A DNA stretch of 64,000 nucleotides from positions 18,953 to 82,952 of the forward strand of contig JAGTQF010000003.1 in assembly GCA_018396655.1 (NCBI GenBank), given 5' to 3'. Position numbers and translations under genes: made by a program. A model generated the notes under the pieces. The model made no database searches. It was given only the letters and a program-made list of their open reading frames with translations, and had not been told where the DNA came from. The DNA comes from Candidatus Bathyarchaeota archaeon. Its GTDB lineage: Archaea; Thermoproteota; Bathyarchaeia; Bathyarchaeales; DTEX01. This document shows, piece after piece, positions 28,399-37,777 of the stretch (position 1 is its first letter; each line of letters begins with the position of its first letter).

Positions 28399-28563
28399 TT
28401 AAAGTATCCAGTTCTGGCCGGGTTTCCTCTGAAGTATTATTCTCTTCTCGTAGTTTCTTCTGGCTCTTATTCTAGGGGGTTTCCTAGTCTTAGGTAGAGG
28501 CTCAATTTTCGGAGTTTGCGAGCGAACCTTTCCAGCCTTTGAGAGGCTGCCATGTGTCGGCAT
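28399..28563 (-). CDS. rps30e: 30S ribosomal protein eS30 (S30e); 54 aa, below the ORF-track cutoff
   Basis: Hand translation gives [54 protein letters not shown]. It contains the hallmark GSLxKAGKVRxQTPK. Confidence 0.85.
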   Translation of the reverse strand: MPTHGSLSKAGKVRSQTPKIEPLPKTRKPPRIRARRNYEKRIILQRKPGQNWIL

Positions 28564-28613
28564 TTACTTACACCTCGCCATAGGTTATCATTTTTTTATC
28601 TTACTCCCATTAT

Positions 28614-29204
28614 TTATATTTTTACCCAAGACTCCCTCTTACCACAGATGGCAATGTGACACTTAATATTATCTCCGGTATTCAGCAGATGGAAACTCAT
28701 GCCGGATTCCTCCAAAATTTTTAAGAAACTCTCCTTTGAAAAGAACTTTTTAAGCCCTGTTAGAACTATCTCAGCATCATCCTTCGCAACCCTCATTATT
28801 TCATTAACTGTTAAGGTGGGGTTGGGCATATTCTGAAGCAAGGTTATAGCGAAAACTTTATCGAAGATCCTGTCCTTAAAAGGTAAGAAGTCGGCGTCAG
28901 CCCTAATTAAAGAAATCTTGTCTAACCCTATCCCTCTCAGAGTCTTTTTCGCGACATTAAGAGTTTGAGAGGATATATCAATACCCACTATCAAACCAGC
29001 TGAGTTAAATATGTGCTTAAAGAGGATGCCGGTTCCACAGCCGACATCTAAAACAACATCTGATAAATTAATGTTAACGAACTTTAGGGCCTCCTCAATC
29101 TTTAAGCTTTGCTCATAACCATATAATGCATTATAAACCTTAGAGAGAGCATCGTAATGTTGTATTACTTTGCGCTTTAACCTCCAATGCTGGGCTCTCT
29201 CCAT
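28614..29204 (-). CDS. Class I SAM-dependent methyltransferase
   Basis: Motif I VLDVGCGTG, post-I GIDIS, and an acidic motif ADADFLPF. Confidence 0.8.
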   Translation of the reverse strand: MERAQHWRLKRKVIQHYDALSKVYNALYGYEQSLKIEEALKFVNINLSDVVLDVGCGTGILFKHIFNSAGLIVGIDISSQTLNVAKKTLRGIGLDKISLIRADADFLPFKDRIFDKVFAITLLQNMPNPTLTVNEIMRVAKDDAEIVLTGLKKFFSKESFLKILEESGMSFHLLNTGDNIKCHIAICGKRESWVKI

Positions 29205-29248
29205 GCCCAGGACATAAAATAATTTATGCTCGGCATTCTAAAAATTTA

Positions 29249-30037
29249 TTGGAGAGGAGCTTGCTGGCCAAAAAGCCTATGATTGTAAACGAGAGACCAT
29301 GCATTGATGAAGCTGTGAATAGGCTTAATGAAGCATTTAACGAACGGAGAACAGTCGTACTCGTAGGAAACTGTTGGGTTAACTATCAGGGTAGGGCAAG
29401 CTCAAAGCTTGAGCCCGGTGAGAGAATCGTGATAATAAAGGAGGATGGTTCAGTTTTGGTTCATAGGTCTAGGGGTTACGAGCCGGTTAACTGGCAGCCG
29501 CCGGGCTGCTCCCTTCAAGCATATAGAGATAATGATATGCTCGTTATTAGGGCAGTTAGGAGAAGTCCACGTGAAATCGTTTCAATCTCTTTTAGCCAAA
29601 TCTATCTTCTATCAACTTTTAAGATGGTTGATGAGGGGGAGTTCTCGCTTTATGCAAGTGAGGAAGACATGCAGAAGGCCATATTGGCGAGACCCTCGAT
29701 TATTGAGGAGGGCTTTAGGCCAATAAATTATGAAAAGAAGGTTGAGCCGGGCTTTATAGATGTTTATGGTATTGATAGGTGCGGCCGCTTAGTTGTGGTG
29801 GAAATAAAGCGTAGAACCGCCGGTAAGGATTCTGTTTTACAATTAGCCAAGTATATTGATGCTGTGAGGGCTTCAGTAAATCGTGAGGTGAGAGGTATAC
29901 TGGCTGCACCGCAAATCTCTAAAGAAGCAAAACAATTGCTCACGTCATTAGGGCTAGACTTTAAAAGAGTTGACCCAAAGAAGTGCTCCGAAATACTCCG
30001 AAGGGAGGAGGATAAAAAGATTCTAGATTTTCTTTGA
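29249..30037 (+). CDS. nucS: Endonuclease NucS / EndoMS (mismatch-specific RecB-like nuclease)
   Basis: N-terminal beta-barrel half. C-terminal RecB-like motifs GFIDVYGID..., VVVEIKRR and LQLAKY. A PIP-like tail KKILDFL. About 260 aa. Confidence 0.8.
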   Translation: MERSLLAKKPMIVNERPCIDEAVNRLNEAFNERRTVVLVGNCWVNYQGRASSKLEPGERIVIIKEDGSVLVHRSRGYEPVNWQPPGCSLQAYRDNDMLVIRAVRRSPREIVSISFSQIYLLSTFKMVDEGEFSLYASEEDMQKAILARPSIIEEGFRPINYEKKVEPGFIDVYGIDRCGRLVVVEIKRRTAGKDSVLQLAKYIDAVRASVNREVRGILAAPQISKEAKQLLTSLGLDFKRVDPKKCSEILRREEDKKILDFL

Positions 30038-30059
30038 ACTAAAAAGAATGGTGTGTTTG

Positions 30060-30446
30060 CTAGTCTCCGGATGCTAGTAAATCAACTATCTTCGAGGCTA
30101 TGAATATTATCCTGTCAGACTCCTTTATTATTAAGTCATTTCTATCAGCCATCTCCTGCATACTTTCCAGTCTTTTTATAGACCTCTCAATATCAACCAG
30201 ACACCGAAGGATTGGATTCTCGGGTAGAGTCTTCTCCTCAAGTGCCTCCTCAACTACACGTTCGATGAAAAGTGGCTCTCCTAGGCTATAGTATACTGCT
30301 GTCTGAGCTTTCCTTAGAGCCTCTATTACCAGACCGAATGCCCTACTATCCTTCTTAGCCATTTTAATCTCATCTATAGCCTCCCTCAAGTAGCGTAGAG
30401 CCCAGCCCTTACGATATATATCTACTAGCAACTTCTCCCTCACCAC
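30060..30446 (-). CDS. Small all-helical hypothetical protein (HEPN-like?)
   Basis: 128 aa, predicted helical (ALRYLREAIDEIKMAKKD...VIEALRKAQTAVYYSLG). No R-x4-6-H motif is seen, so the HEPN assignment is weak. Confidence 0.3.
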   Translation of the reverse strand: MVREKLLVDIYRKGWALRYLREAIDEIKMAKKDSRAFGLVIEALRKAQTAVYYSLGEPLFIERVVEEALEEKTLPENPILRCLVDIERSIKRLESMQEMADRNDLIIKESDRIIFIASKIVDLLASGD

Positions 30447-30499
30447 CCCAAGAGTGCGAATTTAATAATTATTTCTCATTTACCTAGACCTAATTTTAC

Positions 30500-30721
30500 C
30501 TATTTTTTATTCGCCGTTGCCGACCGCATCTCAGATATCGAAACGAGACGAGTTATGTAGCCAGCGATGCTATTTCTAAGCCTAGAGGATGGAATATGGG
30601 CTATGTTAGATAGCACTTTCTTGTTCTCCTCAAAGTTTGCAGTAAATTTATCTGGATATTTTGCAAGCAATTCACGCGCTATCCTCTTTACTCTCTCCGG
30701 ACGCACATTCCCCAAGCGCAT
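30500..30721 (-). CDS. rps17e: 30S ribosomal protein eS17 (S17e)
   Basis: GNVRPERVKRIARELLAKYPDKFTANFEENKKVL...SSRLRNSIAGYITRL matches the eS17 N-terminal domain. Confidence 0.9.
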   Translation of the reverse strand: MRLGNVRPERVKRIARELLAKYPDKFTANFEENKKVLSNIAHIPSSRLRNSIAGYITRLVSISEMRSATANKK

Positions 30722-30888
30722 CAGCCTTTCCGTACTTTTTAGGTCACGATTGTTTTCTCGTTATCTTTCATCAAACCCATATATAAGGGTTAATATCTTA
30801 GGGATGCTCAGCATAGAAAGGCTTTTTAATGAATAAAACAAATAAATACTTGTGTTTAGAGACAAAAATTTGAAAGAGGGAAAGAATT

Positions 30889-31107
30889 ATGGGTGAATTA
30901 GCAATTGCAGCAATGCATAGAATCTGCAAGAAAGCTGGAGCTGAAAGAGTAAGCGAGTCAGCCGCGATACAAATGGCTAAGGTGCTTGAGGAAATCGGCA
31001 TAAAAATTGGTAGGGAAGCTGTAGACTTCGCGATGCACGCTGGAAGAAAGACTGTGAAGGCTGAGGACATAGAGATAGCCGCAAAGAAGGTTTTAGGTAG
31101 AGGATAG
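30889..31107 (+). CDS. Archaeal histone (HMf family histone fold)
   Basis: 72 aa. ELAIAAMHRICKKAGAERVSESAAIQMAKVLEEIGIKIGREAVDFAMHAGRKTVKAEDIEIAAKK aligns along its length with HMfA/B-type histones. Confidence 0.9.
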   Translation: MGELAIAAMHRICKKAGAERVSESAAIQMAKVLEEIGIKIGREAVDFAMHAGRKTVKAEDIEIAAKKVLGRG

Positions 31108-31241
31108 AAAATAAGAGCAGCTTAAAACAATAATAACGATCCCCTTTTTTATCTTTAAATTGAAACTCAAAACTAATGTGATTCCCCTTAAAAGCATGCA
31201 ATAGGATAATTAGCGGGTTTAAAGGTAGGTTAAAGGTGAAA

Positions 31242-32147
31242 TTATATGTCATGTCTTAACTTTAGTATCTTCGCTATATTTGCGTTTGAATCAATTCTTG
31301 GAACTATTTTTCCGCTTCTGGATGTTAGAATTGTTACCACGCCAGGTCCATGTCCGGATACTATGCAGTTTGAATGAACAATTATTCCAATTGACATGGC
31401 TCCCTTAAGGTATATTCGACCATAAGAGTTATCGGCATCCTTAATTGCCACTATATCGCCGAGCCTTAAATCTTCCAGCCCGTACTCTTTAACTATCGCC
31501 TCATCAAAGAGTTGTATATCATAGTCTCCAGAGTATGCATGGTCCGAGCCAAGACCGGAGCCCATTATTGATGCTGGAATAATATGCGTTACCGGAACCT
31601 CGATCTTGTCGCCAAGAGACTGTAATCCCATTGCCGCAAGAAAATTCGGGTCAACATTCATAACCTTAATGTCCGGATAATCAATTAATTCCAAACCTAC
31701 CCCAAACGCCTTGATCAAAATTTTATCACCGATAAGCAGCTTCTCCATTATTTCTGGCCGGAAATCGACGAGAACATGGTCTATTCCACCATGCTTTCCA
31801 ACTACAACGCCTTTAGCACCTTTAGCATCACCCGAAACTATAATAGCCTCATTCCCTATACAGGCTAAAATATTTAGAGCCATATTTGCATCATCACTCT
31901 CCCTGTTCCTAACGCTTACACCAGGCTCAACATGATCCGCAGCCCAACCAACGGCGTAATCGCCCACGCGAACATTATATGTTATGCCGCCCACGCCCGG
32001 AAGGACAACAGGCTTACCGTCGGAGGATATTTTATAGGCGGATCGCCTAAAAACAGGGCTTGAAACCTCACCCATAACCGAGATTTTCACAAGCCTCTCA
32101 ACATTCATTCTCAGCATGTTTGGTCTCACCCGATTAGATAAACTCAA
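31242..32147 (-). CDS. Conserved hypothetical protein (possibly DUF4438 family), beta-rich
   Basis: 301 aa with no catalytic motif recognised. The family assignment is from memory of length and pattern only. Confidence 0.3.
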   Translation of the reverse strand: MSLSNRVRPNMLRMNVERLVKISVMGEVSSPVFRRSAYKISSDGKPVVLPGVGGITYNVRVGDYAVGWAADHVEPGVSVRNRESDDANMALNILACIGNEAIIVSGDAKGAKGVVVGKHGGIDHVLVDFRPEIMEKLLIGDKILIKAFGVGLELIDYPDIKVMNVDPNFLAAMGLQSLGDKIEVPVTHIIPASIMGSGLGSDHAYSGDYDIQLFDEAIVKEYGLEDLRLGDIVAIKDADNSYGRIYLKGAMSIGIIVHSNCIVSGHGPGVVTILTSRSGKIVPRIDSNANIAKILKLRHDI

Positions 32148-32244
32148 GCGAGGATAATATAATGTTTTACCCCTCCATTGATTTTATGGAGAATCGGCTA
32201 CTGCGTCTATATCTGTAGAGATAGCCACAAAGAAGTTTTTATTT

Positions 32245-35235
32245 TTAGATTTTTATCTTTTCTCTTTCAGTGTATTCTAATGTTAAACGTCTAATGAATG
32301 CTGCTGTTTGCCATACATTTATTCTCTTAGCAGGCAGCAGACTCCTTATAGACAAGTTTATTACATAAGTTCCCCTTTTATCTTTTGTGATGAAAAGATT
32401 ATTTCTAGTATTTACGTTACTGGACCCATACTTATAGTAGAATTTTATGCGTAAGCTCTCTGGGTTGCTCTCATCCCCCTCAAGTTTTACATAGTCCACC
32501 CTCTCTTCAATACAAGATGGTTTGCTATATTCCCTAAGCCTTGCCTCAATGAATCTGATGAAATCCAGCAATTCTTTACTATCAATAATCTTTATGGGGA
32601 TTTCAACACAACATTCCTCCTTCTCCTCGACTTCACGTGGTATCATAAACCTTCTGAGTAATGAGGGTGTTGCTATAATCGAGGCTTTTAATGATGGTAG
32701 TAGCGCTCCAATCATCGATGAGAAAATTGAGAAGAAGAGAGCAAGAACACCCCATGCGGCCTCAACCTTATATTTAACAACAAGCGTTGAGAGGGAAAGA
32801 CTGAAGAAAACATAGTAGCCTATTAAACCGAGGAGATAACCTAGACTTCCGGTTATAAAAGCTATTATAAGGGCTTCTGCTACGAAAATGGCGGATATCT
32901 GTGAGGGATTTAAGCCTACTGTTGATAAAGTGACTATTTCACGTCTTCGCTCATAGACAGAATTAAGCATCGTAACCCCAATATTCAATGAAGTTAAGAT
33001 TAACAGCACAAGCATTTCAGTAAATCCATAGCTGACGAATCTATCACCAATATAAAAGTGTATAATTTCATCACCAAACGAAACAAACGTTTCAACCCTT
33101 TCAAAGGTAAGTGTTAGTGCGCGGGCAAGGGGAAGCATATCTTCAACCTTATGTGTTTGAATATTAACTCGTGAGACAACTATTTTTAATGGAAGTCTAG
33201 ATGCTGTTTCGCTCACTAATATCACAACATTTTCTGGCGCCACATATCTAGGCGTATAAATCAATTGACCATCCATAGACGTTACAAAAATCTCCTTTGG
33301 GAGAACCGGATTACCGTCTAAATCTATCACTTCCTTAAGCTTCGCGCTATTGAATATCCCTATAACCGTGAAGTTCATTCCACAGAAGACTATTTTATCA
33401 CCTAGTTTAACATTTAAAGATTTGCTTGCTTCCTCACTAATTAAAATTCCATTTAAGTCATTATCCTCCAGAAATCTACCATTGCCCTCATCAATAATCT
33501 GATTTATCTTTATAATCTCGGTTTCTAAGCTGGGCTTTAAGCCTATGACGCCTAGCACGCTATAGCTAAGGCTAAGATACGGATTTATAATATTACCTAA
33601 AGGTTGAGGTGGAACATAGGGGCTGGGGCTTACCTGCGGAAAATTCTTCAATAAAATAGACATTAAACGTATCTTATCGTTCTTACTAAGCCAATCTAAA
33701 ACATACGATTCGACGGGCCCAAATGGATAAACTTCGCTATTGTTTGACTGTTGAAAGAGAAAGATACCTTGAGATGGAGCCTTCTTGCGTATTTTATCAC
33801 TCATGAAGCCTCTCTCATGAGAGAAGGATGTTAAAGATATGAAGGCGGCGACAGAAATTAAAATGATGCTCGTTACCAAAATCGTCCTAAACTTCCTTCT
33901 TTTAAGGTTCTCGGTAGCTATGGAGAAAGCGGCGATGATAGCACTTCTAATAGATAGTGTTCTTCTATCGCTTCTCTCTCCATAATTATAAGGCGCGTTA
34001 ATTAAGATAAAGCCTACAGCAAATGAGGAGACTAAAAGTACAGGAACTACCGCTGACTTGCCAACCATCCTAACCATGGGGTTGTAATCCGGGTCCTGCA
34101 CAAAGATGTAGCCTGGATACATATAATAGAGCGCTAGGGCAAGTATGATATAGATAATTAGGCTTGTTAAAAATCTCTTGAACCTATTTCTGAACATAAT
34201 TGCTCCTAAAGCGGAGGAGGAAAAGCCAATAAGTAGAGTAACGAATATTGTTGAAAAAGCTGAATTTTGAAACATGCTTATAAGAGAATCTCTAGTATCA
34301 GCGAGTATTAGGAAGGATTCATAGAGGTCTGCTTGCGCGCTAACATAATCTCCCTGATCAATATATGCTCTTGCCCTCATTAATAGGCCTTCCGCATTAG
34401 ATATCTTAACCCTCTCGTAGTTGGAAAGAACACCTATCTTATCAGCTAATGCCTTAACATACTCAATGAAGCTAGGTAGATTGATGTAGGCTTCGCTCTT
34501 TAACCTATAGAGCTTTAGATCCAGCGTGGCTTGTTCTCCTCTCTTAAGGTTTAGGTATTCGCCATCTGGAATTATGAAGCTCGCTATTCTCATTGCCGGG
34601 CCTCTACCAATTTCCCTAAATATGCTCACCTCTATCTTCACGTTTATATCCGCCGGAACAAAGACAAACCTGCTATCTCTCAAAATAAACCTTGATTCGT
34701 ACACTTGTATAGTTAAGCCTAGGTTTCCTAACATTCCATCCTCATCCTTCACCTCAAGCAGGAAGGCATTTTCCTCAGGGGAGAAGAATGGGTCCCCAGT
34801 TAAGTTGATTGAGGCGCTTGGGAAGAGTGAGAAGTTTATGTATTGTGGCTGGTCTCTTACAAGCACTGACTTGTATGCTGATATATAATCGACACCGGGT
34901 GTTGAAGTATCATCATAATACGCAAAGAAAATGTAGTCTCGAAAACCATCTACGTATATCTCAAAAAAGCCTAGGGAGTCTGTTTCGGCTACGATAATTT
35001 GTTGTTCGGTTATCCTTCCACCCACCCATGCTCTGCTAATCATGCCGATTTTGGCCCCGCATAAAGCTCTATTATTGCTGGAGTCTACAACGAAACCATA
35101 TACCCTAATCTTCTGGCCATCTGCAGCATAAGATAGTTCAGCTTGACAAATCAAGAGTAAAAGGATTAAAGAGAGGAGAGAGAAATCTGCTATTAGAAGA
35201 AATTTCTTAAAACCAATCTTCCTTAAGAATCCCAT
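32245..35235 (-). CDS. 996-aa fusion membrane protein: signal peptide, CarboxypepD_reg-like extracellular module, 3 TM, MacB/FtsX-type permease module (TM, periplasmic domain, FtsX 3-TM bundle), and a C-terminal cytoplasmic domain
   Basis: RVYGFVVDSSNNRALCGAKI (carboxypeptidase-regulatory-like). AFSIATENLKRRKFRTILVTSIILISVAAF (MacB TM1 signature). LSTVGLNPSQISAIFVAEALIIAFITGSLGYLLG (FtsX domain). No adjacent ABC ATPase. Confidence 0.55.
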   Translation of the reverse strand: MGFLRKIGFKKFLLIADFSLLSLILLLLICQAELSYAADGQKIRVYGFVVDSSNNRALCGAKIGMISRAWVGGRITEQQIIVAETDSLGFFEIYVDGFRDYIFFAYYDDTSTPGVDYISAYKSVLVRDQPQYINFSLFPSASINLTGDPFFSPEENAFLLEVKDEDGMLGNLGLTIQVYESRFILRDSRFVFVPADINVKIEVSIFREIGRGPAMRIASFIIPDGEYLNLKRGEQATLDLKLYRLKSEAYINLPSFIEYVKALADKIGVLSNYERVKISNAEGLLMRARAYIDQGDYVSAQADLYESFLILADTRDSLISMFQNSAFSTIFVTLLIGFSSSALGAIMFRNRFKRFLTSLIIYIILALALYYMYPGYIFVQDPDYNPMVRMVGKSAVVPVLLVSSFAVGFILINAPYNYGERSDRRTLSIRSAIIAAFSIATENLKRRKFRTILVTSIILISVAAFISLTSFSHERGFMSDKIRKKAPSQGIFLFQQSNNSEVYPFGPVESYVLDWLSKNDKIRLMSILLKNFPQVSPSPYVPPQPLGNIINPYLSLSYSVLGVIGLKPSLETEIIKINQIIDEGNGRFLEDNDLNGILISEEASKSLNVKLGDKIVFCGMNFTVIGIFNSAKLKEVIDLDGNPVLPKEIFVTSMDGQLIYTPRYVAPENVVILVSETASRLPLKIVVSRVNIQTHKVEDMLPLARALTLTFERVETFVSFGDEIIHFYIGDRFVSYGFTEMLVLLILTSLNIGVTMLNSVYERRREIVTLSTVGLNPSQISAIFVAEALIIAFITGSLGYLLGLIGYYVFFSLSLSTLVVKYKVEAAWGVLALFFSIFSSMIGALLPSLKASIIATPSLLRRFMIPREVEEKEECCVEIPIKIIDSKELLDFIRFIEARLREYSKPSCIEERVDYVKLEGDESNPESLRIKFYYKYGSSNVNTRNNLFITKDKRGTYVINLSIRSLLPAKRINVWQTAAFIRRLTLEYTEREKIKI

Positions 35236-35408
35236 AGTTTACACCAGCAGACAGGAATTATAGGAGGTTATTGTTTGAGGTAATAAGGGTCTCTTTTATT
35301 ATAAATCTTTTCCAAAATTTCTCCAAAAGTAATTTTATAAGATAGGATGGTTAGCCTTAAATATTCTGAGCCAATCATCTAGAGATAGTTCATCACTCGG
35401 TGGTTTAA

Positions 35409-36365
35409 ATGAGCCCTTCATCGATTGAGGCCATCGCACCAGCTACATCAGCCAATCTAGGAGCCGGCTTCGATGTGTTCGGCGTTGCTTTAGACTCCCC
35501 CCTCCTCTTCGATAGGGTTCTTGTCGAAAAGATTGAAGATGAGGGAAAAATCGAGATAGAGGTTGAGGGAGAGGGAGCTGAAGGGGTGCCCAGGGAGCCG
35601 GAAAGAAATACGGCTGGCATTGTTGCAAGGGAACTTCTAAGGTTTTCAGGGAGAAGGCATGGCTTAAAAATAGTTGTTTATAAGGGGATAAGGCCTGGAA
35701 GTGGTCTGGGGAGTAGTGCTGCAAGCGCGGCTGCAACTGCCGTAGCCATAAATGAACTTTTAAATTTAAAACTCAGCCAGTCTCAGCTGATAGATTTCGC
35801 GGCTTTAGGTGAGTTAGCCTCTGCTGGAGCTCCGCATGCCGATAATGTTTCGGCGGCGATATTAGGAGACTTTATAATTATAACTTCGAGGGAGCCTCTT
35901 GAGGTTCTAAAATTAAAGTTGCCGGATAATGCCGAGTTTGCTATTGTCTTGCCAGAAATAAAGGTTGATACAGGTCTGGCGAGGGCCCTTCTTCCAAAAA
36001 AGGTTGATTTATCAAGCATGGTTTATAATATTGGTCGGGCCGCAACATTTGTGGCTGGTATAGCCCTAAATAATGTTGAGATAATGGGTAGGGGAATGAT
36101 GGACAGCGTTATTGAGCCTGCGAGAGCCCCTCTAATCCCTGGATTAAGCCAAGTCAAAGAGAGAGCCCTAAAAGCTGGGGCAGCTGGAGTGGCAATAAGT
36201 GGAGCTGGTCCATCGGTAATAGCCCTAGTGGACTCTAGGAAGGCTCGCACCGAGACTGTGGCAATGGCCATGAAGGAGGCGTTTGAGGAGGTTGGCATAG
36301 GAAGCCGACCTATATGCGCTAGACCTGGACCTGGGGCAAAAGTAATTAGAAGAGAAGTTGAATAA
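35409..36365 (+). CDS. thrB: Homoserine kinase (GHMP kinase)
   Basis: PATSANLGAGFD at the N-terminus and the GHMP motif PGSGLGSSAASAAA. 318 aa. Confidence 0.85.
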   Translation: MSPSSIEAIAPATSANLGAGFDVFGVALDSPLLFDRVLVEKIEDEGKIEIEVEGEGAEGVPREPERNTAGIVARELLRFSGRRHGLKIVVYKGIRPGSGLGSSAASAAATAVAINELLNLKLSQSQLIDFAALGELASAGAPHADNVSAAILGDFIIITSREPLEVLKLKLPDNAEFAIVLPEIKVDTGLARALLPKKVDLSSMVYNIGRAATFVAGIALNNVEIMGRGMMDSVIEPARAPLIPGLSQVKERALKAGAAGVAISGAGPSVIALVDSRKARTETVAMAMKEAFEEVGIGSRPICARPGPGAKVIRREVE

Positions 36366-36386
36366 GATGATTTGCTGGATTGAACT

Positions 36387-36902
36387 ATGCCCTTTACACC
36401 TTTCCATTTGGGTTTAGGAATAGGATTAGGTTTGCCTTTAAGGAGATACCTTCATATCCCGACCTTTCTCTTGGCAAATATTATTCTCGATTTAGAGCCC
36501 TTTTTAGTGCTCCTCGGGCTAAATTATCCTCTACATGGATACATGCATACCTTCTTATTCGGCACGCTGGTAGGTTTAGCCCTTGGCTACATCACCTTTC
36601 TTCTTGAAAAGTTTCTGCATCCACTTTACAAAGTGCTTCTACTTGAAGCATCCAATGGCTTAAAAATGAAGTTAAAATCTTTCCTTATTGCAGGCGCATT
36701 AGGAACAGGTTTTCATGTCTTATTAGATACCCCGCTTTACAGCGACATCAAACCTTTTTATCCAGCGGTCGTGAATCCACTCTATAATCCATCCCTCATA
36801 CTGGAGATTTATGGTCTATGTATTTTTGCAGGCGTTTTTGGGATAATATATTACTTTGGATTAATTGCTCTCTCAGCTTGCCAAAAGGAAAGGCGAGATT
36901 AA
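36387..36902 (+). CDS. Small integral membrane protein (YdjM/DUF457- or DUF4184-like membrane-bound metal-dependent hydrolase?)
   Basis: 171 aa, 4-5 hydrophobic helices, conserved-looking His residues (FTPFHLG, LHGYMHTF, GFHVLLD). Confidence 0.3.
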   Translation: MPFTPFHLGLGIGLGLPLRRYLHIPTFLLANIILDLEPFLVLLGLNYPLHGYMHTFLFGTLVGLALGYITFLLEKFLHPLYKVLLLEASNGLKMKLKSFLIAGALGTGFHVLLDTPLYSDIKPFYPAVVNPLYNPSLILEIYGLCIFAGVFGIIYYFGLIALSACQKERRD

Positions 36903-36949
36903 CGCTAACACAACTAGGAGAACTTAAATATTTGAGTTCCAGAAAATTG

Positions 36950-37777
36950 TTAGATCAGATTTCTCTTGCATATGGAAATCTTCTCGCCCAGATTAACTCC
37001 AAAAAATTTCGAGGCTTCTCCCTGATTAACTGAAATTTCTATAAAGCCGCAGCTTCCAACTATTATTAGAGGTGTATTTGGAGGGGCTTCAGCGTAAGCC
37101 TTACAGAGCTTAAGTTCAAGTTCTCTTCCACCGACCTCTACGATAACTGCATCACCTTCTCCTATTCCGAGAGCTTTAAGCTCGTCAAGTGCTATATTCG
37201 TGATTATATTTCCAAAGTCATCTATGTGCACGATTTCACCCTCAATCGTCGTTTTTGAGATTATCTTTGGCTTAGCAAAACTCGGCGTAACTGGGTCAAA
37301 TATTTCTGGGCCGAACTCTGATGGTGGAACCCTCTTTGCCAGATACGCTGCGGCCGGACTAAATATGTCTCTTCCATGAAATGTTCTTGAAATCTCCCTG
37401 AGCATATACTTTTGGTTAACTATAGTATAAATGTGCCTAATTCCATCTTTATGGGCTGATAACATTAAAAGGCCGTTATCCGGTCCCACATATAGGCTCT
37501 TTTCTGTCTCAATTATTATTGGACGTCTCCCGGTGCCAACGCCTGGGTCTATAACCGCTAGATGTATTGTTCCTTTTGGGAAGAATTTTGCAGCTCGTGC
37601 CAGTAGGAAAGCGCCCATTCGAATATCGAATTTTCTGACCTCATGGCTTATATCGACTATATTGGCTTCCGGGCATATGGAGAGTATGACCGCCTTCATC
37701 TCGGCAACATAAGAGTCTCTTAGGCCGAAATCTGTGAGCAAAGTTATTATTGGCCTTTTAGACATTTCCATCACCAT
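36950..37777 (-). CDS. SAM hydroxide adenosyltransferase (DUF62; SAM hydrolase, fluorinase/chlorinase-like family)
   Basis: The N-terminal hallmark ITLLTDFGLRDSYVAEMKAVI, DISH and IDPGVGT are present. About 270 aa. Confidence 0.8.
   Translation of the reverse strand: MVMEMSKRPIITLLTDFGLRDSYVAEMKAVILSICPEANIVDISHEVRKFDIRMGAFLLARAAKFFPKGTIHLAVIDPGVGTGRRPIIIETEKSLYVGPDNGLLMLSAHKDGIRHIYTIVNQKYMLREISRTFHGRDIFSPAAAYLAKRVPPSEFGPEIFDPVTPSFAKPKIISKTTIEGEIVHIDDFGNIITNIALDELKALGIGEGDAVIVEVGGRELELKLCKAYAEAPPNTPLIIVGSCGFIEISVNQGEASKFFGVNLGEKISICKRNLI

Noticed and set aside
30567-31252. Three 89-91-aa ORFs (30567-30836 +, 30798-31070 -, 30977-31252 -) around the eS17 and histone genes
   Set aside because: They overlap or lie antisense to the clearly identified rps17e and histone genes, or span promoter spacers. 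Their translations are low-complexity.
32208-32226. TATCT-GTAG-AGATA-GCC hairpin upstream of the DUF4438-like gene, resembling the hairpin of the three-copy motif on the opposite strand
   Set aside because: Only the 5-bp stem and GGCTATC are shared. The purine tract and the GGAGGTATCA tail are absent, so it is too short to separate from chance.
35334-35356. TTTTATAAGATAGGATGGTTAGCC (and a similar ATATATAGGATGGCTC at 41525-41545), resembling the AAGATAGGAGGT core of the motif family
   Set aside because: The match is limited to ATAGGA-GG directly following TATA-box-like sequences upstream of thrB and UPF0182. These are more simply read as promoter context. In-CDS look-alikes at 42946-42965 and 52599-52622 were also dismissed.
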